DNA of 64,000 bases. Origin: Cyanophyceae cyanobacterium (GTDB lineage: Bacteria > Cyanobacteriota > Cyanobacteriia > Cyanobacteriales > Laspinemataceae). A model generated the notes under the pieces. It saw only the letters and a list, made by a program, of their open reading frames with translations. It made no database searches and was not told the DNA's origin. Each line of letters begins with the position of its first letter. The stretch's first letter is position 1. The translations under genes were made by a program, and so were the position numbers. The stretch is from positions 1 through 64,000 of the forward strand of contig JBBQFN010000015.1 in the NCBI GenBank assembly GCA_038321985.1, given 5' to 3'. Below are positions 55,001-64,000 of the stretch, piece by piece.

Positions 55001-56766
55001 ATATTGCGATCGCCTTCAGTTGTACCCCCAATCTGATTCCCTCTTGCGCCTTGAGCAATTACAACGCCAGTTTCGCCATTCGGAAGTGCCACAGTCCCGC
55101 TGACATCAGTGCCAATTAAATTCCCTGTCACTCGATTATCATTGGCATTTCTGCCGAGTAGCAGAATCCCATCGGCTCTATTTCCAGAGATTAAGTTATT
55201 TCTAATAATATTATTCGCACCATCAATCCGCAGTCCATCTCCACCATTCTGTACCCCTTTATCTCCTTGGGAATTAGTTCCAATATAATTGCCCAGTATT
55301 GAATGAAATCCGCTCGTTTCACGAACATAAATTCCCGAAGAATTATTCCCAGAAATAACATTGCGATCAGCAACAAAATCCCCCCCGATTACAGTCCTTG
55401 ATCCACCGGCTATCTGAATTCCATGAAATGTATTTCTTACTGAAATTTCCCCAGTAACATCGGTGCCAATAAAATTGCCTAAAATTTGATTATCATTCGC
55501 CTCACTGCCACTAATTAAAATTCCCTGAAAGTTATTACCAGAAATAAGATTACGGGCATTGACAGTTGGGCCACCAATCCGATTATTAGGCGCATTACGG
55601 ATGACAATACCACTGCCAGAGTTACCCAAATCCTGAGTCCCGGTGACATCTGTTCCGATAAAATTCCCTAAAATCTGGTTTCCACTCGCCCGGTTGCCTT
55701 CAATATCAATTCCAACGGAAGAGGTATTATCATTCCCAGAAATGAGGTTGTTCTGAATTGTATTATTAGCTGAATTTTGAATAAAAATACCGGAACCACT
55801 ACGTCCCAGGGAAGCCGTTCCAATGACATCGGTTCCCAGGTAATTGTTCTCAATCAAATTATTGCCATTTTCTCGGATGAGAATAGCGGCATTACTAAAT
55901 CCAGCCCGATTAATCACCAATCCCCGAACAGTGCTGTTTCCAGCGGTAATTTGTAAAACCGCCCTATCTAATCCGCCTATATTTGTCCCATCAATTTCAA
56001 TTAGGGGAGTTCCCGTATATCCGGGTTGAGTTGTGGCATCGATAATGACAGAATCATTAATGATGGGTAAAACCGATAAAGGTTGAATAGTTTGCACACC
56101 ATTGCCAGCAATATTAAATGCAATAGTATCAACTTCTGGATTGATATTGGCATCTAAAATTGCTTGTCGCAGAGAACCTACACCGCTGTCATTTGTATTG
56201 GTAACAGTAAACGTTGCCAGCACTGAAGTATAATATTTTAATGTATCTGAATCAAAGGGTAAAACGGTCTCAATTTCCCCGGTTTTAACTTCAAAGTTCC
56301 AATTTCCGCCCAGGGTATTACTGCCAGTTTTACTGTTAGAAGCGGCAACGGTTATCCCGGTTAAGTGGCTGAGTTGTTGGATGAATTCTTCTCCCCGATC
56401 GCCTGCTGCCACTTCGCACCCATAAAGGATCAAGCCGGGAGAGACATCCGGGGAAAAAGCATGACCCCACTGCTGCAATAAATCCTCATAAGAACTTAAG
56501 TTTTCTAATGTGAGATACCCGTTGCCCAGTTGCAGACTCGCGGCACTACCGTGGGAGACAAGATGCAGGGTATGCAAGCCCTTTGTTCCGGCTAAAATAG
56601 CGGAAATCTGCTCAATTGCGCCTGCTGCCGTTTCGAGGGCGATCGCCTCAGTTCCTGGGACTGTGCCCGCAGCCAAAGTTTGCCATTCCGGTACTCTCGA
56701 ATCAATCAAAACCAGGGTATGAATAGAGGGCTGGGTAATACTAGAGTTCCCTAAAGTTTGCATCAT
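52072..56766 (-). CDS. Large RTX-type Ca-binding secreted protein (DUF4347, parallel beta-helix, Calx-beta, RTX repeats)
   Basis: LVLIDSRV..HLVSHG..LYGCEVA..GGNWNFE (DUF4347); VTNTNDSGVGSLRQAI; GNFIGTDVTG..NLISGN repeats; TLQFNPGETTKTI Calx-beta; many GGxGxDxL nonapeptides; no Sec signal; start 56766 has a GGGAGA RBS. Confidence 0.92.
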   Translation of the reverse strand: MMQTLGNSSITQPSIHTLVLIDSRVPEWQTLAAGTVPGTEAIALETAAGAIEQISAILAGTKGLHTLHLVSHGSAASLQLGNGYLTLENLSSYEDLLQQWGHAFSPDVSPGLILYGCEVAAGDRGEEFIQQLSHLTGITVAASNSKTGSNTLGGNWNFEVKTGEIETVLPFDSDTLKYYTSVLATFTVTNTNDSGVGSLRQAILDANINPEVDTIAFNIAGNGVQTIQPLSVLPIINDSVIIDATTQPGYTGTPLIEIDGTNIGGLDRAVLQITAGNSTVRGLVINRAGFSNAAILIRENGNNLIENNYLGTDVIGTASLGRSGSGIFIQNSANNTIQNNLISGNDNTSSVGIDIEGNRASGNQILGNFIGTDVTGTQDLGNSGSGIVIRNAPNNRIGGPTVNARNLISGNNFQGILISGSEANDNQILGNFIGTDVTGEISVRNTFHGIQIAGGSRTVIGGDFVADRNVISGNNSSGIYVRETSGFHSILGNYIGTNSQGDKGVQNGGDGLRIDGANNIIRNNLISGNRADGILLLGRNANDNRVTGNLIGTDVSGTVALPNGETGVVIAQGARGNQIGGTTEGDRNIISGNSAGVSIQFNATNNQVVGNFVGTNITGKSALSNRTGIAILAAENNILGGLESGSGNLISGNINDGIDLGLASSGTLIAGNYIGTDVTGTLALANGGDGIVADAFPRNITIGGTTPNARNLISGNSANGIYLASTNNRVLGNFIGTQVDGISPLGNGEHGIVLASLTGSNLIGGTATGESNQIGFNGRVGIQVSVGTNNGILSNAIFSNSRLGIDLSGPASNAAGVTANDEGDADIGTNNLQNFPVITSAISDGTSTTVLGTLNSTPNTEFRLEFFANRALDPSGFGEGERFIGFATVTTDASGNISFTETLEGAVPANEFITATATDPNNNTSEFSGGQVVIAPSFTLEDITVIEGNSDTTNAIFTVTLNAALNPVASVNYATVDDSATSPGDYQATSGTLQFNPGETTKTITVAIAGDTIDEPDEQFFVTLSNSVNATIATPQAIATITDDDEPPTPEPEPQPEPEPEPEPEPEPEPQPEPTPSPILEVVGEPILPSSLNPDSSVTETPISLLTPIEGPDCNCPTLTVPEFVPLASAIAQPNAVENIFRGTEENDTLEGSSDADEINGGSGNDLLFGKQGDDNLLGSAGDDTILGGIGSDFPIGSEGDRDWIEGNAGEDYLFGNEGNDTIWGGFGGDRIWGGKDDDQIWGDEDSDTLYGDLGNDTLYGGKGSDIPVGPLLDADLLFGNRGNDYLFGNEGNDTIHAGKDDDFVHGGKDDDLIFGDIGNDTLLGELGDDTLLGNPNDASVLDPNGRDLLFGGAGNDFLNGNQGDDSVSGGEGNDTLRGGKEDDIVASDEGNDLIFGDRGNDTLCGGDGDDTILGGTGIEEPMDPNDERDCLCGGAGNDLLYGDRGEDTLNGGQGDDTLFGGKQNDILAGGEGNDRLSGDFGNDTLIGGQGRDRFVLQGGYGKDLIGDFEVEQDFLELTGDLTVDRLLITQNGDFTDIAIASTGEILASVIGLSTVAANSIQFI

Positions 56767-57071
56767 AATAATTCTCCCCATCATTGATTATGGGTTAAAC
56801 CCGAAGTAAACCCCTTTGATTCATTATTGGTGATTTTTAAGGGGTTTAAATCAAGGCTAACCCGTGATAAAATCAAATCTTGATTTTATCAAAAAGAGAA
56901 ATATTTAAAACTATTTTTTATAAAAATTTACAAAAAATAGAGGGCGATCTCAATTCCAGTGCGATCGCCCTCTATTTGTAGCTAAATTTACATTCAATCA
57001 GTTGATAGAAAGTCCGTCATGCAGCGGAGGTTAGAAACCCGGTTTCTGCTCCTTTTATCAACTACAAAGGA

Positions 57072-58451
57072 TTATCGTCCGCCAACGACTACATTTTGAA
57101 TGGAAATGTGAGGTCCGCCGACGCTTACGGGAAGCGGCGATTGTCCACCTTTACCACATCCCCCATTCAGATAAACCGAGTCAGAACCGATCGCCTCAAC
57201 ATCCTTAAGAGTTTGAAAAACATTCCCGGAAAGGGTAACATCGCTCACAGGTTCAGCAATTTTGCCATTGCGAATCATGTAGCCTTCTGCTGCGGCAAAG
57301 GTAAACATTTCGCCATTGGTTTGACCCCCTAGCATCCGCACGGCATAAACCCCTTCATCGATATTGCCAATCATCTCCTCAAAGGAGCAATCTCCTGCTT
57401 CAATCGCCGTATTAGTCATGCGCACAATCGGCGCGTAGGTGGCACTCAGGGCGCGGGCATTCCCCGTTGGCAATTCGTGCATTTTGCCTGCGGTTTCTCG
57501 GTTGTGCAGACGCTGAGTCAAAACCCCATCTTTGATTAAATACTTACGTTGCCCCGGAACGCCTTCGTCATCATATTTCATCGAACCCGGTAAGTTCGGA
57601 ATCGTGGCATCATCAACCACATTCAATTGGGAAATTCCCAAGGGTTTACCGAGTTGGAGCACTTCCTGCATCTGAGGATTTTCATATACAAAATCCGCCT
57701 CGGACAAATGCCCAAATGCTTCATGAATGAAGACTCCGGCAAGATAGGGGTCAAGAACCACTGTATATTGACCCCCTTTAACGGATTTCGCTTCTAACTG
57801 GCGAATGGCTCGTTCTGCGGCACTGCGCACCCGATTTTCAATGCCCGTGAAGGCATCATAATCCGATCGCGAATGGACGGATTCATACCCTTGACGAACT
57901 AAACCACCTTCCCCTCGCGCGATCGCCCCAAACCCCCCAGAAACATCCAGGCGTTCTTGGGCGATACAGGTGCCAGTAGAGTTGACAAAATAAGTAATGC
58001 CAAAGCGATCGCGATAACTGGAACTGGTGGTTTGAATCCGGGGGTCAAAATCCAGCAAAATCTGATTATAATTTTCCACCATTTGCCGCTTTTCTTCCAG
58101 GGAGACCCCCCGAGGGTCCCGGAGTAATTGTTCCGCGACATAATCCTGAATCGGTTTAAGATCAGCAAGTTGAGTCGTTTCTGACCCAATTAATTTCGCT
58201 TGGGAAATGGCTTCTTCGAGGCGATCGCCCAGTTCCTCCAATCCATTAAAGGTGACAAAACTCCAACCCCCCTTATGGCAGGCGCGGACCCCACCGGCGA
58301 GGGAAAAATTGCGATTCACCCCATCCAGGCGATCGCCTCGAAACGAAATCGCCGTGGATTCGCTTTGTTCCATCCGAATTTCTAAATAATCGACGCGATC
58401 GCGATAAGGGGCGATCTCTGAGAGCAACCGATCCTGCATTGAATGATTCAC
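57072..58451 (-). CDS. tldD: TldD/PmbA family metalloprotease, TldD-type
   Basis: HEAFGH zinc motif, YDDEGV, RMTNT, GGCGKGGQ..V.VGGPH. Confidence 0.88.
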   Translation of the reverse strand: MNHSMQDRLLSEIAPYRDRVDYLEIRMEQSESTAISFRGDRLDGVNRNFSLAGGVRACHKGGWSFVTFNGLEELGDRLEEAISQAKLIGSETTQLADLKPIQDYVAEQLLRDPRGVSLEEKRQMVENYNQILLDFDPRIQTTSSSYRDRFGITYFVNSTGTCIAQERLDVSGGFGAIARGEGGLVRQGYESVHSRSDYDAFTGIENRVRSAAERAIRQLEAKSVKGGQYTVVLDPYLAGVFIHEAFGHLSEADFVYENPQMQEVLQLGKPLGISQLNVVDDATIPNLPGSMKYDDEGVPGQRKYLIKDGVLTQRLHNRETAGKMHELPTGNARALSATYAPIVRMTNTAIEAGDCSFEEMIGNIDEGVYAVRMLGGQTNGEMFTFAAAEGYMIRNGKIAEPVSDVTLSGNVFQTLKDVEAIGSDSVYLNGGCGKGGQSPLPVSVGGPHISIQNVVVGGR

Positions 58452-58791
58452 GCGCTAACTTTCCCTATTTGACAACTTGTAGTATTTCTTACTTCTAGTT
58501 TAATCTGCCAACTTAGAAACTGCGGGATGTATCTAAATATTTTCCAATTTTTTGACCCAGCCACCCTGATGCACAACACCTATGAATAGTGTGATCAGGG
58601 CATTCAGCCTGAAATTCATCATCTCCATAATATACCCCTGGAGGAATTACCTTGGTTATGGGAAAAATTCAGAAATTAGAAGTCATTTACATCCCTCACG
58701 CTCTGGATTTGCCACCAGAAGCATAAGTTGAAACTGAACATTTCCAAGCCCCAGGAATTCAATCCTTAATCGCTGTGCCGAACGTGTCCCA

Positions 58792-59627
58792 GCTCAGTTA
58801 GTCCACCCTGAGAAAATGTCTTCTCTCGGATAAATGGTGGCTGGAATTGCTCATGAAATTAATAACCCCGTCAATTTTATTTCTGGAAACCTCACTTATA
58901 TTAATGAATATACCCAGGATTTTCTTTCTTTAATCAAGTTATATCCGCAGGAACACCCGGAACCTAATCTGTTGATTCAGGAGAGAATAAAAAGCCTAGA
59001 ATTAGACTTTTTTCAAAAAGATATTTTAAAATTTTTGAAATTCCTGAAAATCGGAAGTGACCCCATCCGAAAAATTGTGATTTCTTTGAGAAAATTTTCC
59101 CGATTATCTGAATCAGATATGAAGCGGTTGACCTGCATGAAGGAATTGAAAGCACTCTATCAATTTTACAAAGTTGCCTAACTGGAAACGGAAAAAATCC
59201 TCCGATTCAAGTGATTAAAAACTGGGGAAGTTTGCTTTGGGTAGAATGCTGCTATCCGGGCCAACTCAATCCAGTCTTCCTAAATCTGGTTACCAAGGCG
59301 ATTGATGCGCTGGAGTCATCACCAGGGCGAGAAAAAATTATTAATATTTATACTTAAATTTTAGATAACCAACCCGTTAAAATTAAAATTTCTGATAACG
59401 GAATTGGCATAAATGCTGAGATAAAATCCCGAATATTTGACCCATTTTTTACAACTAAAGAAGTGGGTTCAGGTACAGGGTTAGGACTGTCCATTGCCTA
59501 TCAAATCATCGTAGACCCACATAGAGGACAGATTGCCGGTGAGTCCCAACCCGGTCAAGGTACAACCTTTGCGATCGAAAATCCGATGCACCAAAACTTC
59601 CCCGGGACCTTGAAACTCAACCCTTGA
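58792..59627 (+). pseudogene. Sensor histidine kinase pseudogene (HisKA plus HATPase_c only)
   Basis: QLVHPEKMSSLG*MVAGIAHEINNP with an in-frame TAA at 58831; frameshifts, then CYPGQLNPVFLNL..AIDA, ISDNGIG, IFDPFFTTKEVGSGTGLGL, with a further stop near 59355. Confidence 0.88.
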
Positions 59628-59903
59628 GAATACTATTGGTCCCTCACCCAGGGGAGGCCGGTTTTCGCCCGAGATGCAAAAGGTCATAAAATAAAGACTC
59701 AAAGAAATTTCAAAAAAGGCTTTCAGCCGGTTGAGCTTGATGTAGGGAAGAACCCGGGATAGTGTTTTAATCCTCAGAAACGGTACCCCGGCGATCGCCC
59801 CAGAGTAGCGCCCCAGAAATTTCCCGATCCGGTCCTAGAATCTCTAGCGTCTGGAAAATGCAATGGTATAAGATAAAAGCTTGTCCCATTACCCACCTTG
59901 AAG

Positions 59904-60884
59904 ATGGCAGAAACCCTTTTCTTCAACGCGCTCAAAGCAGCCATTGACGAAGAAATGGCCCGCGACCCTACAGTATTCGTCCTTGGTGAGGACGTCGGTC
60001 AGTATGGCGGATCCTACAAAGTCACCAAGGACCTGTACGAAAAATATGGTGAACTGCGGGTACTCGACACCCCGATCGCCGAAAATAGCTTCACGGGGAT
60101 GGCGGTTGGGGCCGCCATGACCGGATTGCGCCCGATTATTGAAGGAATGAACATGGGCTTTTTGCTCCTCGCCTTCAACCAAATCGCTAACAATGCGATG
60201 CTGCGCTATACCTCCGGCGGCAACTTTACAATGCCAATGGTGATTCGCGGTCCCGGTGGGGTCGGACGACAACTGGGTGCAGAACATTCCCAGCGCTTAG
60301 AAACCTATTTTCAGGCCGTTCCTGGATTGAAAATGGTGGCCTGTTCCACCCCGTACAACGCCAAAGGATTGCTCAAAAGTGCCATCCGTGACAACAACCC
60401 CGTGTTATTTTTTGAGCACGTCCTTCTTTATAATTTGAAAGAAGACTTGCCCTCGGAAGAATATCTAGTGCCTCTAGATAAAGCGGAAATAGTCCGTCGG
60501 GGCAAAGATGTCACGATTTTGACCTATTCGCGGATGCGCCATCACGTCATGCAAGCGGTGCCGCAGATGGAAAAAGAAGGGTTTGATCCGGAGGTCATTG
60601 ATTTAATTTCCCTCAAACCTTTGGATTTAGAAACCATCGGCGAATCAGTTCGCAAAACCCATCGGGTGATTATTGTAGAGGAAGCAATGAAAACCGGAGG
60701 GATTGGGGCTGAAATTATTGCTTCAATTAACGATCGGTTTTTTGATGAGCTGGATGCACCTGTGCTGCGACTGTCATCACAGGATATTCCCACGCCTTAC
60801 AATGGTACATTAGAGCGACTGACTATCGTGCAACCGCCACAAATCGTCGAAGCGGTGCAAAAAATGGTCGGCTTGAAAATATAA
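59904..60884 (+). CDS. pdhB: Pyruvate dehydrogenase E1 beta subunit
   Basis: [45 protein letters not shown]. Confidence 0.97.
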   Translation: MAETLFFNALKAAIDEEMARDPTVFVLGEDVGQYGGSYKVTKDLYEKYGELRVLDTPIAENSFTGMAVGAAMTGLRPIIEGMNMGFLLLAFNQIANNAMLRYTSGGNFTMPMVIRGPGGVGRQLGAEHSQRLETYFQAVPGLKMVACSTPYNAKGLLKSAIRDNNPVLFFEHVLLYNLKEDLPSEEYLVPLDKAEIVRRGKDVTILTYSRMRHHVMQAVPQMEKEGFDPEVIDLISLKPLDLETIGESVRKTHRVIIVEEAMKTGGIGAEIIASINDRFFDELDAPVLRLSSQDIPTPYNGTLERLTIVQPPQIVEAVQKMVGLKI

Positions 60885-60899
60885 GACAATCTTGAAAGG

Positions 60900-60962
60900 T
60901 GAGTTTTGAGTTTTGAGTGAAAATGTTCAAATTTACAGCTTAAAACTCAACTCTCAAAACTC
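60900..60962. repeat. Heptamer tandem repeats forming an imperfect inverted repeat between pdhB and secD
   Basis: TGAGTTTTGAGTTTTGAGT ... AAAACTCAACTCTCAAAACTC. Confidence 0.65.
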
Positions 60963-60979
60963 TAGAAACAGGTAAAGTC

Positions 60980-62398
60980 ATGCAAAAACACCGTTCATTA
61001 TTGGCTTTAATTCTGGTTCTGGTTATCGCTGCGATCGTTGCGTTAGTGAATATCCCGTTCCGGCTGGGATTGGATCTTCAAGGAGGGTCGCAACTGACCC
61101 TCCAAGTGCAACCCTCCGAAGAGGTTCCGCAAATTACCTCCTCCGTGATGGAAGCGGTGCAGAGCGTAGTCAGAAACCGGGTTGATGCCCTCGGCGTATC
61201 TGAACCCATCGTTCAGTCCGTCGGGACCGATCAGATCCTCGTCCAGCTACCAGGCGTCAGTGATCCAGCACAAGCTGAACGCGTGCTTGGAGGGACTGCC
61301 ATCCTGGAGTTTCGGGAAGAAAGCCCGAATCAAGAAATTCAGGCGCAAATGGACGTGAGGATCGAAGAAGCTACCCAAATTGCCATAGAGTTGGGTGGGT
61401 TGCAAGAGTCCGGAGAACAAGGACAAATTGCTGAAAAGCAAGCCGAGTTTGATCGCAAGCGTGAAGAAATTGAGGCCCTGCGGATCCAACGGTACAAAAG
61501 AACCGGACTCACGGGTAAAAACCTCGATGATGCCTATCCCCAACCGGCACAAGCAGGGGCGGGGGCTTGGAATGTGGGTCTAGTCTTCGATAACGAAGGC
61601 GGAGAACTGTTTGCCCAACTCACCCGCAATCTGGCAGGAACCGGACGGACCCTGGGGATTTTTCTGGATGAAAAACTGATTAGTTCTCCCACGGTCCCCG
61701 TAGAATTTGCCACTACAGGTATTACTGGGGGGCGGGCAGAGATTCAAGGCAACTTTACGGTACAACAGGCGAATGAGCTCGCCGTACAATTGCGCGGTGG
61801 TGCTTTGCCGGTGCCGGTAGAAATTGTAGAAAACCGCACGGTTGGGGCAACCCTGGGGCGAGATAGTATTGTTAGAAGTATCTACGCCGGAATCGGGGGC
61901 CTGCTTTTGGTCCTGATTTTTATGGTGGTGTATTACCGCCTTCCGGGCTTAATTGCGGATCTGTCCCTGTTGATATACGCCATTCTGACTTTAGCCAGCT
62001 TCTCCCTGTTGGGGGTGACCTTGACCCTACCAGGTATTGCGGGATTTATCCTCAGTATCGGTATGGCAGTGGATGCGAATGTACTAATTTTTGAACGCAC
62101 CCGGGAAGAATTACGGGCGGGTAAGAGTTTGTATCGTTCGGTGGAGTCGGGATTTTACCGGGCTTTTTCGAGCATTTTGGATAGCAACGTCACCACGCTG
62201 ATTGCCTGTATTGCTTTGTTCTGGCTGGGTGCGGGGTTGGTGAAAGGATTCGCGTTAACCCTGGGAATTGGGGTAGCCGTGAGTATGTTTACCGCGATTA
62301 CTTGCAGTCGCACGTTAATGTTTTTAGCAATTAGTGTTGATGACCTTCGCAAGCCCGAACTATTTTGTCCGAACCTTCAAAATGTTAGGAAAGTTTAG
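60980..62398 (+). CDS. secD: Protein translocase subunit SecD
   Basis: [46 protein letters not shown]. Confidence 0.97.
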   Translation: MQKHRSLLALILVLVIAAIVALVNIPFRLGLDLQGGSQLTLQVQPSEEVPQITSSVMEAVQSVVRNRVDALGVSEPIVQSVGTDQILVQLPGVSDPAQAERVLGGTAILEFREESPNQEIQAQMDVRIEEATQIAIELGGLQESGEQGQIAEKQAEFDRKREEIEALRIQRYKRTGLTGKNLDDAYPQPAQAGAGAWNVGLVFDNEGGELFAQLTRNLAGTGRTLGIFLDEKLISSPTVPVEFATTGITGGRAEIQGNFTVQQANELAVQLRGGALPVPVEIVENRTVGATLGRDSIVRSIYAGIGGLLLVLIFMVVYYRLPGLIADLSLLIYAILTLASFSLLGVTLTLPGIAGFILSIGMAVDANVLIFERTREELRAGKSLYRSVESGFYRAFSSILDSNVTTLIACIALFWLGAGLVKGFALTLGIGVAVSMFTAITCSRTLMFLAISVDDLRKPELFCPNLQNVRKV

Positions 62399-62425
62399 GG
62401 GGATGTGTTACCAGAGGCAGATTCG

Positions 62426-63418
62426 ATGAGATTAAACGTTAACAAACAGCGCCGATTGTGGTGGACATTATCCGCAGCAGTTGTGGTGGCTGGGTTGATT
62501 TCGATGGTGATTTCTTGGCAACAGTTGGGAGTACCCCTGCGTCCGAGTTTGGATTTCGTTGGGGGCACGCGGTTGCAGTTGGAACTCGATTGTTCGATTC
62601 CCAACAATTGCGATCGCCCCATTGAACCGGGAACTGTGCGATCGATTCTTGCCGCCCAAGGGTTGGGAAGCAGTAGCATTCAAGTGGTCGGCGATGACAA
62701 GCAGGCGTTATCAATTCGTACCTCCACCCTGGATGTGAATCAACGCACTGCACTCATCAATTCCTTAAGTGAAGAACTTGGCAGTTTTGATCCGCAAAAA
62801 AATCAAATTGATACAGTAGGTCCAACAATTGGGCGTCAATTGTTTACTCAAGGACTTTTAGCGCTGATTGTTTCTTTTGCCGGGATTATTGTCTATCTGA
62901 GTTTTCGGTTCCAGTTCGATTATGCCCTGTTTGCGATCGTGGCTTTATTCCATGATGTCTTAATCACGGTGGGGATTTTCTCGATTCTGGGACTGGTTTT
63001 AGGGTTAGAAGTGGATAGCTTGTTTATTGTGGCGTTGCTCACCATTATCGGGTTCTCGGTAAACGATACGGTAGTGATTTACGATCGCATCCGGGAAAAT
63101 CTGGCTCAGAATCAGTCCAATCGCCCCATTGATCAAATCGTGGATGATGCGGTGAATCAAACTCTGGGGCGATCGATTAATACCACGGCCACTACCATGT
63201 TACCCTTGGTCGGGATTTTCTTATTTGGCGGGGAAACCCTAAAATCCTTTGCCCTAGCCTTAATTGTGGGATTTTTGGCCGGCGTGTATTCCAGTCTCTT
63301 TTTAGCAAGCAGCTTGTTAGTCTGGTGGCGAGAACGGAATGGAACAGGAATGTCTCCGGTTTCAGAGGGGCCACCCACAGTCGAGGCATCTCTAGACTCT
63401 CACGATGGGTCCCATTAA
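62426..63418 (+). CDS. secF: Protein translocase subunit SecF
   Basis: [43 protein letters not shown]. Confidence 0.97.
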   Translation: MRLNVNKQRRLWWTLSAAVVVAGLISMVISWQQLGVPLRPSLDFVGGTRLQLELDCSIPNNCDRPIEPGTVRSILAAQGLGSSSIQVVGDDKQALSIRTSTLDVNQRTALINSLSEELGSFDPQKNQIDTVGPTIGRQLFTQGLLALIVSFAGIIVYLSFRFQFDYALFAIVALFHDVLITVGIFSILGLVLGLEVDSLFIVALLTIIGFSVNDTVVIYDRIRENLAQNQSNRPIDQIVDDAVNQTLGRSINTTATTMLPLVGIFLFGGETLKSFALALIVGFLAGVYSSLFLASSLLVWWRERNGTGMSPVSEGPPTVEASLDSHDGSH

Positions 63419-63527
63419 CGGGGGGATTCGGTGGGTTACGGTGGCGATCGCCGATCTCGCTTAAGGTAACCCTTCGTTCTTCTCAATTGGGTTAGATTGA
63501 AGTCATCTTCTATAACTTGAGATCGCT

Positions 63528-63971
63528 GTGATGGAGAACAATCACGAGTTTAGCGATCGCCCCCTGGATTCAGTCCCCCTCCCACAGGACCCTACTTTCG
63601 AGCAAGAAGTGCAACGGTTACATGAGTACACCGTTGCCGCTCGTTGGGTGTTAGTTTTGCTCTTGTGGTTAACCCTGGGGAGTTTCAGCCTGTGGGCATT
63701 GCGATCGGACTTTAAACTGCTGTACGACCATTTTACCTGGGCGAGTTTGCGCTACGCCTTGAGTATGCGGTACAATCCGGTACCGGCGATCGGACTAACA
63801 TTCTCCGTGAGTATGACCGTAGCGGTCCTGGTTTGGCAAAGTCGTAACATCTTATTCGGAATGCCACAATCAGAGCGATCGCGCCTAGAACAACAACTGC
63901 TTCGCATTCGCCAACAGGGTCAATCTCATCCCCTCTGGAAGTGGATTGTTGAGTCTCCAAAACAGAAATAA
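63528..63971 (+). CDS. Hypothetical membrane protein
   Basis: Two hydrophobic segments; HFTWA, IRQQGQSHPLWKW C-terminus. Confidence 0.75.
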   Translation: MMENNHEFSDRPLDSVPLPQDPTFEQEVQRLHEYTVAARWVLVLLLWLTLGSFSLWALRSDFKLLYDHFTWASLRYALSMRYNPVPAIGLTFSVSMTVAVLVWQSRNILFGMPQSERSRLEQQLLRIRQQGQSHPLWKWIVESPKQK

Positions 63972-64000
63972 TAATCCATCCGTTCCTTAGTTTTTTCGCG

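Noticed and set aside
853..63960. Numerous antisense and alternate-frame ORFs in the track
   Set aside because: Shadows of well-supported genes; no independent motifs

Overview
Chromosomal window from a beta-cyanobacterium, probably a filamentous Oscillatoriales-type strain: the HIP1 octamer GCGATCGC is very frequent, and a beta-carboxysome locus and GTAG-type REP-like repeats are present. From left to right: (1) the end of an ISL3-like element, grxC-gshB, an oxidoreductase, a REP/BIME-like cluster and two orphan ORFs; (2) a MORN protein, a PilP-like proline-rich lipoprotein, a methyltransferase and a small lipoprotein; (3) a ~14 kb five-gene minus-strand operon of DUF11/TIGR01451-type Ig-like proteins plus a large outer-membrane protein; (4) cutA, a TPR-CHAT protein, an hli gene with a textbook HLR1 site, Uma2 and other conserved genes; (5) a CO2-concentrating supercluster, ndhR-like/cupB/ndhD4/ndhF4 divergent from ccmK-ccmK-ccmK-ccmL-ccmM-ccmN-(decayed IS200/IS605 tnpB)-ccmO; (6) stress genes (SDR, hemerythrin-domain protein, SPS-like glycosyltransferase) around dprA; (7) a DUF62 SAM hydrolase, an unannotated 51-aa PirA-like gene with an NtcA box, an RTX/DUF4347 protein, tldD, a histidine-kinase pseudogene and pdhB-secD-secF. 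The best candidate for an undescribed system is the DUF11 operon. Its subunits carry either N-terminal Asn-bearing donor strands, C-terminal Lys-bearing domains lacking those strands, or both. This suggests a head-to-tail, possibly isopeptide-crosslinked surface fibre (tip, shaft, adaptor, outer-membrane anchor). All family calls come from visual motif recognition; no searches were run.
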